Assembly: GCF_006345805.1 (NCBI RefSeq)
Contig: NC_042997.1
Span: forward strand, 12,524,001 to 12,588,000
DNA length: 64,000 nucleotides
Source of the DNA: Octopus sinensis
Taxonomy: Eukaryota
Direction: 5' to 3'
The notes beneath the pieces were generated by a model that was not told the origin of the DNA, ran no database searches, and saw only the letters and a program-made list of their open reading frames with translations. The position numbers and the translations under genes were made by a program. Shown here in pieces: positions 38,949 through 52,053 of this stretch (the first letter of the stretch is position 1; each line of letters starts with the position of its first letter).

Positions 38949-39829
38949 ACAGTAGGGTGGGGCAGAATTAGTTTTAGACAATGTGTTTTTGACTTCAAGA
39001 AAAAATATTTTTTTCAAATGTTCTAGATCATCTAAGCAAGTGATCTTTTCGAAATGCATTAAAAATACTATACCATAATCAGAACACTAATTCAGAAAAT
39101 TTTCTCCGTTCACTTTGAGCATATAAAAGACAAATTTACGTAGGGCAAAATCAATAAGACAAAATAGGTAAATTTGCTGGTTTAATTCCTCAGAATATTA
39201 GGGGAAAGACTCATACACATCAATATCAATTTTTAGACAATAGAATCGTCAGAAATGCAAGAAAAATTTAAAATATCTGGGTCAAACTGATTGACTATTA
39301 TGGAGAAATAGCAATATGGTATGAGATGAACGAAATTCCAGCAAATCTAAAAACTCAGCTGAAGATAATCTCTATAATATCTTAACGATCTGCTGGAGTA
39401 GCTCTTTTCCATTAACTGCCCCATGAAGTTAGAAAGAACAAATAATTGCAATTAGTTATTACTCATTTTACCTGACTATAGGCATCATGTTCTGAAAATT
39501 AAGAGTGATCAAATTAGACATTAGTGTGGGAAAAAATGGCTTAGAATCCAACAGTGAAAAGAAGTTTGACTGTTAAACGCCAAAAATTATCCAGGTGTTT
39601 ATTAGCAACCTCAATTACAACCAGGTCAAAGTTGAGGAAACCTTTATTGAAAAATACCATCTGACAATGTCTCAAACTATTCTGACTAATTTTTACTCCC
39701 AAAGATGAAGCAAAACTAGAAAATGATGATGCAATATTCGCGTCGTAACAGTTTGAAATAAGTAGGGAGAAAATAATGAGAATCCGAAATTATTGATTTT
39801 GCCCCATTCCGCCCCCTTTATATATATAT

Positions 39830-40124
39830 GCTACGGAGATGTACTTGCATAGCAAGTGATCTGATCTGAGATCGTATGCTGGAACGAAAGCAATTGCAGC
39901 GTGGAAGGTGTTTATAAGCCTTTTAAGAAACACACAAAAATCATTAGATTCACTTCAACATTTAAATCTAATTTACCAAATGCTGCATGGAATTTTGTCA
40001 CTGAACAGGTCGCGGTCTCAAAGCTACAAAAATGTTTTGGCAAATTAAATTTAAAAGTTGGAGGGAATTTAACGGTTTTTGTGTGTTTCTGAAATGGCTT
40101 CTAAACACGTTCCACGCTGCAATT

Positions 40125-40128
<4 letters not shown>
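39830..40128. mobile_element. Foldback-type non-autonomous element with ~63-bp inverted arms
   Basis: 39888-39950 (AAGCAATTGCAGCGTGGAAGGTGTTTATAAGCC...CACACAAAAATCATTAGATT) is the reverse complement of 40066-40128 with ~9 mismatches. (TA)n lies on both outer sides. Confidence 0.7.
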
Positions 40129-40161
<33 letters not shown>

Positions 40162-40479
40162 TAGATATGTATGACTTCACAATTGAGAATTTTGACTCCT
40201 AATTCTTGTTTTGTGTTGGGATATTAAATGATTCAGATTTAGTAACTTTCAAAACTGTTAGTAATAACTTGCAAAACAACAAACAAAAGGATGGCTTCCA
40301 AGAACCTGGGCGCTATTTCTGACACGCAATGAATGTATACATATATAAATATTTATATATATGCATGTATATATAATATATATGTACATAAATACATATA
40401 TATATATATGGATTAAATAGATTCTGTCGAAGAAAATGTGTTTCATATTTATTTACAATTGCTACAAGTGCGCGAGTAA

Positions 40480-40650
40480 AGTAAGTCGATTATATCAACC
40501 CCAGTGTTCAACTGATATTTACTTTATCGACCCCGATAGGATGAAAGGCAAAGTCGACCTCAGCGGTATTTGAACTCAAAACATAAAAACGGACAAAATG
40601 CTGCCAAATATTTTTGCTGGACTGCTAACGGTTTTGCCCGTTTGGCGCCT
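40480..40650 (-). mobile_element. SINE family M, degenerate
   Basis: TATCGACCCCGATAGGATGAAAGGCAAAGTCGACCTCAGCGGTATTTGAACTC. Confidence 0.75.
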
Positions 40651-41117
40651 TGGAGGAAATTAGTAAATAACATTAGAAAGACATAAAAACGATGAGGATG
40701 TTCCATTAAGTGCAGACCGCTGCAGGACCCACTCTGGTTTTAAACTTTTTTCATTTTTTCACAATTTGAAGGTCTATCTGTGAAATGGAAAATTTGATTG
40801 CAACATGAAAAGCGCTGACATATGCTATTAAATTTCTTAGTCTCCTCTGCACTTTGAGTCTTGAGATAACTGGATTGTGCAGCTGAGATCGTATTCCACC
40901 AAATTTAGTTAAAACAAACTAATTACCTGTGGAGTACGAAGGGAATTTTTCCAAAGACTGCAACATTAAATGCGAAACGTGGGTAGAAATGAGTCAAGGA
41001 ACATGTACGTAGGAGTAAAATTTATTCATTATACTGCAGACATATAGAGCTAGACACACACACACATGTATGATATATGCATATATATATATATATACAC
41101 ACGCATATATATATATA

Positions 41118-41196
<79 letters not shown>

Positions 41197-41326
41197 TATA
41201 TAAGTGTGTGTGTGTGTGTGTGTGCGTGCGTGTATGTATATAGTTGGAATTTACAAAAAACAAAACAAAAGATGTGTAAATAACAAACAGGTATATTTTA
41301 ACGCTCGGGAAGGCGAGAAAGTCTTT

Positions 41327-41354
41327 TACGTTTCGCGCATACGCCCTTCAACAG
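41327..41354 (-). ncRNA. Hammerhead-like motif with CUGUUGA core
   Basis: rc: CCTTT-CTGTTGA-A-GGGC-GTAT-GCGC-GAAAC-GTA-AAAG. Confidence 0.5.
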
Positions 41355-41429
41355 AAAGGAACACAATAAAATAAACACAGAGAGAAAAAAAAAGCTTTAG
41401 TCGCTAGCGGTCGATCATATATATATATG

Positions 41430-41700
41430 AAGTGCATGGTTTAGTGTTTAGGGTATCGCACTCACGATTGCGTTGTGTTCTTGAGCAAAGCACTTCATTT
41501 CAGTTTGCTCTGCGAACATTTCGTGTCATCTGACACGTGGCAGATGGTGCACCTCTACAGGTAATGTCGATTTGATGGAGGAAGTGAGCTTATGTGTACA
41601 AAAGCATTTGATCACTATAAACAAATCGTCTGTGTGATTGTTCGGCAAGAAATTTCCGAAGCCTCATACGTCGTCTAACGACGCGAGGGTCCATGATGTG
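41430..41700 (+). mobile_element. Old tRNA-headed SINE of a further family
   Basis: GCATGGTTTAGTGTTTAGGGTATCGCACTCACGAT head and GTTGTGTTCTTGAGCAAAGCACTTCATTTC; a related reverse-strand copy lies at ~52740-52877. Confidence 0.5.
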
Positions 41701-43125
41701 TCCCTGATATATATATATATAAGATCCAATACAAGGAAAGTAGGTTCCTCCCTTGGGGATGAAAACATTCAAATTTTTACTGGCTTAACTGTTTAATACG
41801 AAATATAGAAGAGAAATCCTTCACGCTTCACATAGGCATAAATTAAATTTATAAAAATGCAAAGAAAATGGAGATATACAATTGAAAATTCAAAAATTAA
41901 AATTTATTAACATAATATTATATTATGTTAATATAATAATATAATATGATAAAATAAATAATAAGTATTAAATACAAGTTATAATTGTTTCGATTCTTAC
42001 CCATAATAAAATTATAAAATCCATGTTTGTGGGTAAGAATCTCTACAGTATAATGTTTGATATATCAGGAGTTACAGATTCAAGAAAAGACTGAATTCAA
42101 GCATATTTGTTTTCAAGCGTGAGCGTCAATAATTAAAAACAAAAACAAAGATAATAAATAAAAATAGAATACGAAAAATATACTAATACAACGGTCATAA
42201 AATATATTTGTATACCATTTAGATTTTTATTTTAAATATATTTTAGAGCATTATTTTTTTAAATACCAGGAACAATATTTAAAAAAAAAAACATGGCAAA
42301 ATAAGAAATATCCCTTTTATTAAAGAATGCATGTTATTTCCATAACTCTACGCTATTTATCTAGGAGTAAATAGCAAGATAATATATTTAAAATACTTTC
42401 TCATCTCTAGTCAAATAACAAATGATATTAAAATTACATTCTATTATTTATAATAATCCTTACTAAAAATCAAAGATTAATAATTAAAAATTACGTAGTT
42501 TATATAAGAAAGAAACTTTCTAAGATATATTATCATAATAGCATAATTATCGTAGAAATTACATAAACGCTGAATTAGCCAGTTATCCACCCCCAAATTT
42601 AATCATAGAGTCTGCACTTGAGATCGGATCAAGAAATCCGAAAAGGATTCTCAGTCACTTCTGTGAATACGAGGTAACAGAATGTATATAAGTAGATGGT
42701 TTACCTTAAAAAAATAGGAGAAACCGTCCATACAAACTGAACTTTCAGGGCTAATAAATAAGTCACAGAATATAATACACGAAGTAGAAGAGTGGAAATG
42801 TTTGTATTACATATCATTCTTTAGTTTAATGCCTTTCAGCACTACATGGAATATACAATTCATGAATATAATTATCAATATGAATATGAATATAAATGAA
42901 TATATAATATTACGACATGTTAATGTAATACTTTGAACCTCTCGTAGAGGAAATGCACATAATGTACTTAATATGTTGTAGTAGTAGAAGTTCATCTACA
43001 TTCATTTTCATAAAATATATATTCCATGTAGTGTCGAAACGCACGTAACTAAAGAATTAATTGTAGTACAATGAATTTCACTTTTTGTCATAATGACACA
43101 CACACACATACACACACACATAATG

Positions 43126-43156
<31 letters not shown>

Positions 43157-43158
43157 CA

Positions 43159-43233
<75 letters not shown>

Positions 43234-43523
43234 TTGTATGTACTTTTACATGGGTATACCTACACATACTCACACATAGATAGAAACATTGTTTAGAATT
43301 TAATAATACCCTATAGACATAAGCGTTCTTTTCATTTCTTATGGGGATAATTAAACTTGGCAACCCTCCTCTTGGTAACCCTCCTCTAAGAATTAACCAC
43401 CGCAAAGATTAATTAATTCCTGATTAACGTGACTACCTTCTCTCATTTTGGACCTCATCAGCAATATGTCAATATTTTGTCCACAGAGAGATTATTAGCT
43501 TATTGATATCTATAATGTCTCAA

Positions 43524-43754
43524 GGCGGCGAGCTGGCAGAAACGTTAGCACACCGGGCGAAATGCTTAGCTGTATTGCGTCTGTCGTTGCGTTCTGAGTT
43601 CAAATTCCACCGAGGTCGACTTTGCCTTTCATCCTTTCGGGGTCGATAAATTAAGTACCAGTTACGCACTGGGGTCTATATAATCGACTTAATCCGTTTG
43701 TCTGTCCTTGTTTGTCCCCTCTATGTTTAGCCCCTCGTGGGCAATAAAGAAACA
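43524..43754 (+). mobile_element. Full-length young SINE family M with perfect 19-bp TSD
   Basis: GATATCTATAATGTCTCAA at 43505-43523 and 43755-43773; complete head, central domain and GTTTAGCCCCTCGTGGGCAATAAAGAAACA tail. Confidence 0.93.
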
Positions 43755-44234
43755 GATATCTATAATGTCTCAAAACATGGAGTGAATCAAAGTTGTGTGT
43801 CTAACTGGCATTACACTTCGTTGCTGAAAATGTGATTTTTCTTTTTTTGCATTTTAAAAATGAATACATTTCAGTCTTAAGTTATTAAAAGATACAATTA
43901 CCGTTCTCGGCGCTATCAATTAAATAATATATTAATTAATTAAACTAGATTGTCTTCTGAAGTATTACTGCACCGCTATGCAAATTAGCCAGAAAAGTTT
44001 AACTGCAACCAAGTTTGTTTACTATATGAATACGACGATGATTAGTCTGTAGATAGAAGTTCAATAATGCTTTTCTTGTGAAGGGTGAACGAAACTACAA
44101 ACTTCTCAGACTCATAATTGTTCTGCTCAAGGAAAGCTAAAGTTTGTGGCATGAACAATTTAATTTTCACGGGGAATGCTTATTACATGTGTATAAAAAT
44201 AAAATATCTTGCGCTTCTCCCATTCTGTGTCTTA

Positions 44235-44279
<45 letters not shown>

Positions 44280-44559
44280 AAACGTCCCCCGTCCAATGGA
44301 CGGTGCTGAATCATATCTGCTGAATAAAAAGCAATCAGTGTTTTCTTTTCATTAAAAAATAATTAAGCATGCCTTTAGTTCAATAAAATTTTTGGTTTTA
44401 TTAAGCGAAGTTAAGGCAAAATAAAAACTTTTTGAGAAACCAAATAGTCTTTTCTTCCTTCATGCCAAGTTTGAAGAAAGTATCTTTATTGCATCTTACA
44501 TTTTTGGTCTCTTAAATATACTGCATTTTGTGGCATTATTGTGGGATTATGCACGTGCA

Positions 44560-44806
44560 TCTTTCTCGCGTACGCGTAGTATCGATCGCAACAGCTGATG
44601 TACTTGCGCGTACAAATGCACGTTCCCACGGCTTTATCGCTTGCATTCTCACCAGGAATCGATTTTTGTAATTTTTTCAAGACTTATACACGCCCTGATA
44701 CCGTCGGTATCTACATATCAAATTTGAACGCAATCGGGTGGAGGATACCCGAGATCCTAGAAGACACACACACACACACAGACAGAGCGGATTTTATATA
44801 ATAGAT
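44560..44806 (+). mobile_element. Helitron/Helentron-type non-autonomous element, 3' end
   Basis: CAAATTTGAACGCAATCGG...GAGATCCTAGAAGA(CA)nGACAGAGCGGATTTTATATAATAGAT architecture (short microsatellite before a TAGAT end) recalls Lep1/DINE-type elements. The 5' boundary is approximate. Confidence 0.45.
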
Positions 44807-45633
44807 ATATATGTATGAGTGTATCTGTGTGTGTCTGTGTCTACATTTTAGAAAATTCTATCTTGCTATTAAACAAACGTCAAAATGTTTGGCCGAAGCA
44901 AGCACGCTTTATATGGTCATTATAAAAATCACCTCTGTCTAGATAGATACGCATTCGCATCCTCACACACACACGCACGCACGCACGCACGCATACTGAT
45001 GAACGCGCACACACAATCGGTATCTGCACTTCTGCGGCATCTACTTGAAATAACCTTAATTCTTTTGGATAAAGGAAAGTATACATTAAGCTATGCAGTT
45101 CTATATACTCATAAATTGCTAGTTGATTGTTGCGGCTAGTTTGCTTTTCATCACGCTTCTGTTTTGTTAAGTTTTCAGTTAGAGTTAAGCAGCTACACAT
45201 ACTCGCATACACGCACACACATATACACAAGAACAGACATATACACATACTCACACGCTCAGAGTTGCTATTAAGCACTATTAAGCACATACATATCAGA
45301 GCACTATTAAGCACATACATATCAAACGATCTCACACACAGTCGCTCATACTGAAACTGCAAAAATCAGATAGAGACATACAATGTATTTAGTTGTTTAT
45401 AAAACGGTAGGCACCTTTTTGATTCAGAGTTTTCATATTTTGGTATTAAATGAAGCTCTTCAAAAACTTCATGTTTACCTAAAGTAGACTGGGGGGTAAG
45501 ATTAGTGAGCATTAACTAAAATGTGCTAGAAGCATTTCTAAAACCCCAGCTTTCAGTGTTGCAATGCTGCATATAATAAACACATACAACGGTATGTGCG
45601 ATCTTGAATTGAAGGAATGACGGAGTGAAATAG

Positions 45634-45675
<42 letters not shown>

Positions 45676-47110
45676 GTAGAGAGAGAGAGAGAAAGAATGA
45701 GAGAGTGGGGAAAACAGATACTAATGACGGAAGAAAGACAGGGAGAGTCAGGAGTGAGAGTGAGGTTTTGAATTTGATAGAGGGAAATGAAAGGTGAAGA
45801 GAAAGACACGGAAAGAGTGAGAGAGAGGTGGGGGTAAGAAGAGAGATAATGTGAAAGAGAGTGAGAAAGTCGGAGAGAGAGAGAGAGAGAGAGGGGGGGA
45901 GGAAGCAGAGAAAAGAAGAGATAGTGAGAGTGGGACAAACATGTACTAATGGTGAAACAAAGGTAGAGTGAGTCAAGAGTGAAAATGATGTTTTGAATAT
46001 GGAAAGAGAAAGACAAGGAAAGAGAGAGGGAGAGAGGAAGAAGAGAGATTAGAGAGGTTAGTGAGAGAGAGAAAGGGGGAGAAGAGAGAAAGAGGAAGAG
46101 AGGACAAAGAGAGCGAAAGAGAGAGTAAAGTGAGTAGACATTTATAGGGAGCATTGGAGACTGAGGCTGAACATGCGGAACTGAGATATAAAGGGTGGAG
46201 AAGAAGAAACAAAGAGAGGGAGGGACAGTGAGGAAGACAAGAGAGAATGAGAGAGGCAGCGAGAGAGGGAGAGTGTGAGAGATGAAGTGAGTGATAGTCA
46301 CACACAGAGGACGCATAGGAATATTTTACTTTCGGTTTAATATGATTTAGGAAAATGGACAGCAGATTTGAGGAATAGTGATTTATCGATTATCGACCAC
46401 TGTGCTGGACTTGTACGTTATTTTATCGATCTCTGAGAGACAGAAAGCAAAGCTATCATCGGCAGATTTTGAACACAGAACGCTTAGAAAATTAAACAAA
46501 CACCGTTATTATAAAAGCAAAAGTAGACGTGACTATAAAGCGCAAAGAGTGGTTAATGTTGTCCATCACATTTTTTATATTTTATATTTTATTAGGGGTT
46601 TTGTCAAAAAAGAAAAAAAGAATCATGATCCATCACAATTTGTATACTTTCCATAAAAGGAAGTTACTCTGAGACCGGAGACCAATGCTTGCTTCAGAGC
46701 GGATTCCTTGACAAAAAACCGGAAGTCAATATGGTTGAGATAAAATGGGTGACAGCCCAAATTTTTAGCGGTCTCACAGATTCAGCAGCCAATTTGCAGC
46801 GATTGCCTACGTAAAAATATGTAGATGGCATGATTGTACGATTCTGCGTATATATATTTTGTGAATATATATATATATATATATATTATATATTATTATA
46901 TAAAAGGGCTTAGTAAAATAAATTACTTTGCCATACTGAACTCTTAGAACTAGCAGCTAAAAAACTTTTTAAAGCTATTTCTAATACTTAAAGAAATCTC
47001 TCTCATATATAGTGTTTGCTTAATTAAACTCACAAAAGTTGGGGGTAAGGACATCGAAAATCAAATGCTAGGTTAATTGTTGAAATTATATATATATATA
47101 TATATATATA

Positions 47111-47350
47111 TACTAGTATTATATCCCGATTTCATTCGCGTCTACTCGAGTCACATTTTAAAGATGAGGAACTTTATCCTAGAGGCCACGTCTTTCAGTA
47201 GAGCAAACTCAAAGTTGCCATGTAAACTCCCCAGGACTTTTAACATAGGTGTGCAAATTTTCAGATCAATCCGACCATATTTACTAACGCTTTTGCCTGC
47301 ACAACTGCTTGTGAGACAAGGTCCGCCCTTTTCACAAATATGTAATAGAT
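47111..47350 (+). mobile_element. Helitron-like non-autonomous element
   Basis: Starts TACTAG...CCCGATTTCATTCGCG after (TA)n, has GTGCAAATTTTCAGATCAATCCGACC, ends TAATAGAT; same end motif as 44806. Confidence 0.45.
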
Positions 47351-47795
47351 ATGTACGTATATCTTAACAGTGGCATACACAGACATATTTATACGTAAGC
47401 AGATGTTTCATTTTAGCCAATTTGGAACACTCTTTGAAAAATTGTTACATTCATTTTTCGTTAATTTCTTAACAGTACTGCTAATTCTGTAGTATCAACA
47501 ATTGAGAATCTTGCAGCTTGCGTGTGTACTTGCACGCTGCGCGCAGATGTGCGACGAAATTTTTCCAGTTTATTAGAGATAGTAAAAAAGAACATGTAAC
47601 AGATTTTAACGTTTGTTTTACAGCTAGGTATATCCTTCTAAAATGTAGTAGTTTCTATTTCAATATACAGACTCGAGGTAGGATACTCAGCAAAATTATT
47701 TGAATTACATGTATTTATACACACGCACATGCACACAAAAACACACCACACACACACACACACACATGGAGGCAACATACACGCAAACGACTATT

Positions 47796-47845
<50 letters not shown>

Positions 47846-47852
47846 ATATATA

Positions 47853-47903
<51 letters not shown>

Positions 47904-47904
47904 G

Positions 47905-47989
<85 letters not shown>

Positions 47990-48045
47990 TATAAACACAC
48001 ATATATGTGTATATGTGTTTGTTTGTGTTTGAGTGGTGTGTGTGT

Positions 48046-48088
<43 letters not shown>

Positions 48089-48090
48089 GT

Positions 48091-48250
48091 GAGCACCACC
48101 TTAATGGGTTTGTTTAGTCGCAGAAATCGACCCCAGAACTTATACTTGTAAGCTTAGTAAATATTCTATCGGTGCCTTTTGCCGAGCCGCTACTGTACGG
48201 GGACGCAAAGATACACAAAGATACACACACACACACGCACACACACACAC

Positions 48251-48295
<45 letters not shown>

Positions 48296-48446
48296 GATGG
48301 GCTTCTTTCAGTTTCCGTTAACCGAATCCACTCGCAAGGATTTTGTTAGCCTGAAGCTATAGTAGAAGACATCAATTCAAGTTGCCACGCAGTGAGAACG
48401 AAACTATGTGGATGGGAAGCAAGCTTCTTACCACACAGCTACTCCT
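48091..48446 (-). mobile_element. SINE family C, bipartite copy
   Basis: GAGCACCACCTT tail remnant, internal (CA)n(TA)n, ACGATGGGCTTCTTTCAGTTTCCG core, CCACACAGCTACTCC head. Confidence 0.8.
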
Positions 48447-48659
48447 GTATCCATACTTTATATATGTGTGTGTGTATACATACATGCATACATACATACA
48501 TACATACACACCACACACACACACACATATATATATATATAAATATATTTATATATTTATACATATTTATATATTTATACACATGCACGGTGTGCATATA
48601 CATACATACATATATATATATCAACAAAACCTGTTACTCTGAGTTCACGTTGCCGTTCG

Positions 48660-48728
<69 letters not shown>

Positions 48729-49798
48729 TCTATATATACATACATATATATATACATACACACGCACACATATGTATACACATACACACGCGCGCAAGCA
48801 GTGATATAAAATATGTGTATAGATGCACTCATACAACTTAACGTATATGCGTACATCCGTCTATAGATATGTTATGCGTGCGCATGCGTGTATGACTGTT
48901 CCAATACATCATTATAAAATAACAACCGAATCAATATATAGAAAATTATTTTAATCTTTCAACATGGTGGTCAGTATAGGAACACGTTTGTCTGATGTTG
49001 TGGCTGGAGGAGCTAATTCTGTTGATGGGAGTCGTTGGAGGTAGCTTACATATGCGATAGAGTGATAGCCTTATTGGTAGTGAGTACTGATGACTGCTGT
49101 TATCATTCGAATGTGTGGAGATATGTGGTAGGGAAAGTGGATGAGATGGTGTGTTTAAAGACGATAAAGTGAAGAGATCGTTATTAGCTAAGATAATTTT
49201 CAGTTCAAATATTATTGAGGTCGAGTTTGCCTTCATCCTTTCAGGGTCTATAAAATAAAAACCAGTTGAACCTGTGGACGATACAATCGTTTTCCCGCTC
49301 CACTCAGACTGGCTGACCGTGTGCCAAAATCAGAAATAATTATTATATACATTAATGCTGTGAGCCTACAGAATGGTTAGCTTCTCTAGCAAAATTCTTA
49401 GAGGCATCACTTCAGAGTCTTTCCGATCTGAGTTCGAATCCCGAATTAAAATTATTTATGATGATAGATAACGCAATCCTAGCTGGAACGTTAGAGCGTC
49501 CGATGAAATGCTATGAGATATTTGATCCTACTCAGTACAGATTTCAATTTGCATTTCCTCTTTCCAAGGTCAATAAAAATACAAATAGATACTGGCGTCG
49601 AAGCGTCCCCCAAATTGTTCTCTTTGTGTCTAAATTACAACATATCATTCATGATGGAGGGGTTGCTACGGATGTTGAGTGGTGTAGAAGTTGCTACGGA
49701 TGATGAGGATGATGATGTTATACACACGCACACATGCTTGATCACTAAATCCACACGTTTTTCTTATTCTCTCTCTGTTTATATTCTCTTATACCTTT

Positions 49799-49826
49799 CT
49801 GTTGAAGAGCGTAGGCTCGAGACGTA
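49799..49826 (+). ncRNA. Hammerhead-like motif with CUGUUGA core (GAAA changed to GAGA)
   Basis: CCTTT-CTGTTGA-A-GAGC-GTAG-GCTC-GAGAC-GTA-AAAG; perfect 4-bp stem II. Confidence 0.55.
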
Positions 49827-49944
49827 AAAGATTTTCTTAGTTTCCCGACCGTCAGACTAATACACCTGCTTGTTTTTCATATACTTGTCTTCATCTTTCT
49901 TTCGTTTTTCTGTAAATTTCATCTACATATACATGTAATTATAT

Positions 49945-51183
49945 CCGCCATGCTTGTGTTCATTCGGTTTCCTTGTATGTCTCCGCTGTTCTGTTTTTGT
50001 TCCCAACTTTGACCCTCTATAAATCCCAAATTGTATTTAGGAATTTATAGAAGGTACTGTTTTAGAAGACTCATATTTTCGTTGAATGCTCGAAATGAGG
50101 AGTAAATAGACAGCCGACAACTGATGAAGGGTCGTTCCTTGTGTTACTTGTCCTGTTTTCCATTTGTTTCTCTCGTTGTTTGCGTATTTAACTCGTTGTT
50201 TTCTTCATGTTGTTTACACTGTTCGTGACGCCCTGTACCCATATATATATATATATATGTATGTATATATCTATATGTACATACACACACACACACACAC
50301 ACCACACACACACACACACACATATGTATATATGTATATATATATATATATATATTATTTATTTATATTATTATTTAATTGAACGCCACACATCCATTTC
50401 CAAGTAAGTTTATCTTAACCTTTTTGATACGAACTCTACTCTAAACTGTTTTCTCCCACCATCCTTCACTAATACCCTTTTATTCCCCTTCACCGTTTCT
50501 CTCTCTCTCCCATCCCCTCTTACTCTTTTTCTCTCTCGCGTTGCTCACATGTGACCATCATACATCCTTCTTTTCCTCGCGTGACCATCTTTCTTTTCCT
50601 GCACGTCGTCCTAAGTACTGGACGTCTTCTATCATTTTTCCTTTCAAAGAATACATTTCTTCCTGCGTTCACTATTTTCCTCTCGATCTGGCTTAACGAC
50701 TCCCCCGCCATGTTTGTTTTCGTTCGGTTTCCTTGTATGGTTCCACTGTTCTGTTTTTGATCCCAACTTTGACTCTCTATAAATCCAAAATTTTATTTTG
50801 GAATTTATAAGAGCAACTATCTTCGAAGTCTCATATTGTCATTGAATGCTCGAAATGAGGAGTAGATATACAGTCGACAACTGATGAAGGATCGTTCTGT
50901 GTGTTACTAGTCCCGTTTTCTATTTATTTCTCTCGTTGTTTGCGTACTTAACTCATTTGTTTCCTTAATTCATGTAGTTTACACAGTAGGTGACGTTCTG
51001 TACCCATATAAATATATATATATATATATATCTATATTATATTAAATTAGAGATAAAACCACTATTAGGCAAATCAAAACAATTGAAAAGCATAGCCAAT
51101 ACATAAAATTAATTTAATTTATATTATTTTAAATATATATTCAAAAAGTATTTAAAAGCTTAATAAAAGATAAAGAGAAAAAC

Positions 51184-51221
<38 letters not shown>

Positions 51222-51277
51222 TATATTTATTATATTATTTAAATTGAACACCACGCATCCATTTCAAGTAAGGTTAT
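49945..51277 (+). repeat. Diverged direct repeat pair (49945-50413 and 50705-51277), probably Penelope-like pseudo-LTR remnants
   Basis: CCGCCATG..TG....TTCGGTTTCCTTGTATG...TTGAATGCTCGAAATGAGGAGTA...ACAACTGATGAAGG...CTGTACCCATAT...TTGAAC.CCAC.CATCCATTTC occurs in both units; lies directly downstream of the 49799 hammerhead motif. Confidence 0.8.
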
Positions 51278-51734
51278 ATAGATATATATATATATATATT
51301 CTTTTACATTATGAATGCAATATTTCCTTAATTCATCAGAATGTGAAGATAATATAAACAAGTATGAAATTCAAATTCAACTTGCAGAAATTAGCTTCTT
51401 TATTGTAATAGAAATAGATACCTCGCAAATAGAATAAAATAAAATATCTATGTGTATCAATATTATCATAATGTTCATTCATGTAAGTCGAATTTAAATT
51501 ATTTCGTTACCGTCAGTTAGCGAAGTTTGGTCTCTCAAGACTTTTTTACAAGCAACAGAACCCTTATAGACTGCACATACTCTTAGCCATTATAGTTCCA
51601 CTGCTTTCATGCATGCATTAATTTCTGTTAAAGCTTCTATTAAATTTGCTTTCCGCTGATGACAGCATCGTACCTGACAATTTACTACTACGTTTACTAG
51701 ATATATATAATAGTATCCGATATAAATCGATATA

Positions 51735-51935
51735 TTTCATAGAGAATGAGCTGGTTTCTAACCTAGATCCAAAGGCACCTTCACTGGAATTTCAACAACA
51801 CAAACGAGGTATTTTTAGATGTAATGTATATGTGCAAATTCGTATGTTTTGTTTTATGTATGTATCATCATGCATATAGTTGCATAACTAGACATGCTCA
51901 TATATATTTAAATGATAAACCAGTGGAAAGTTTTA
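51735..51935 (+). repeat. Interspersed repeat with internal microsatellite, copy 1
   Basis: TTTCTAACCTAGAT.CAA...CTTCACTGGAATTTCAACA and GCATATAGTT.CATA.CTAGACATGCTCATATATATTTAAATGATAA are shared with 58615-58845. Confidence 0.8.
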
Positions 51936-52021
51936 CGTATGTATGTTTGTACGTATGTTTGTATGTATGCATGTATGTACGTATATATGTATGTATGTGT
52001 GTATCTATGTATATGTGTGTT

Positions 52022-52053
<32 letters not shown>

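Noticed and set aside
38580-39059. Poly-I/R/M/K ORF resembling a homopolymer-rich protein
   Set aside because: Compound triplet microsatellite joined to a LINE fragment.
45516-46316. 266-aa ORF and overlapping ORFs
   Set aside because: Low-complexity (GA)/(TC) tract that lacks stops by composition.
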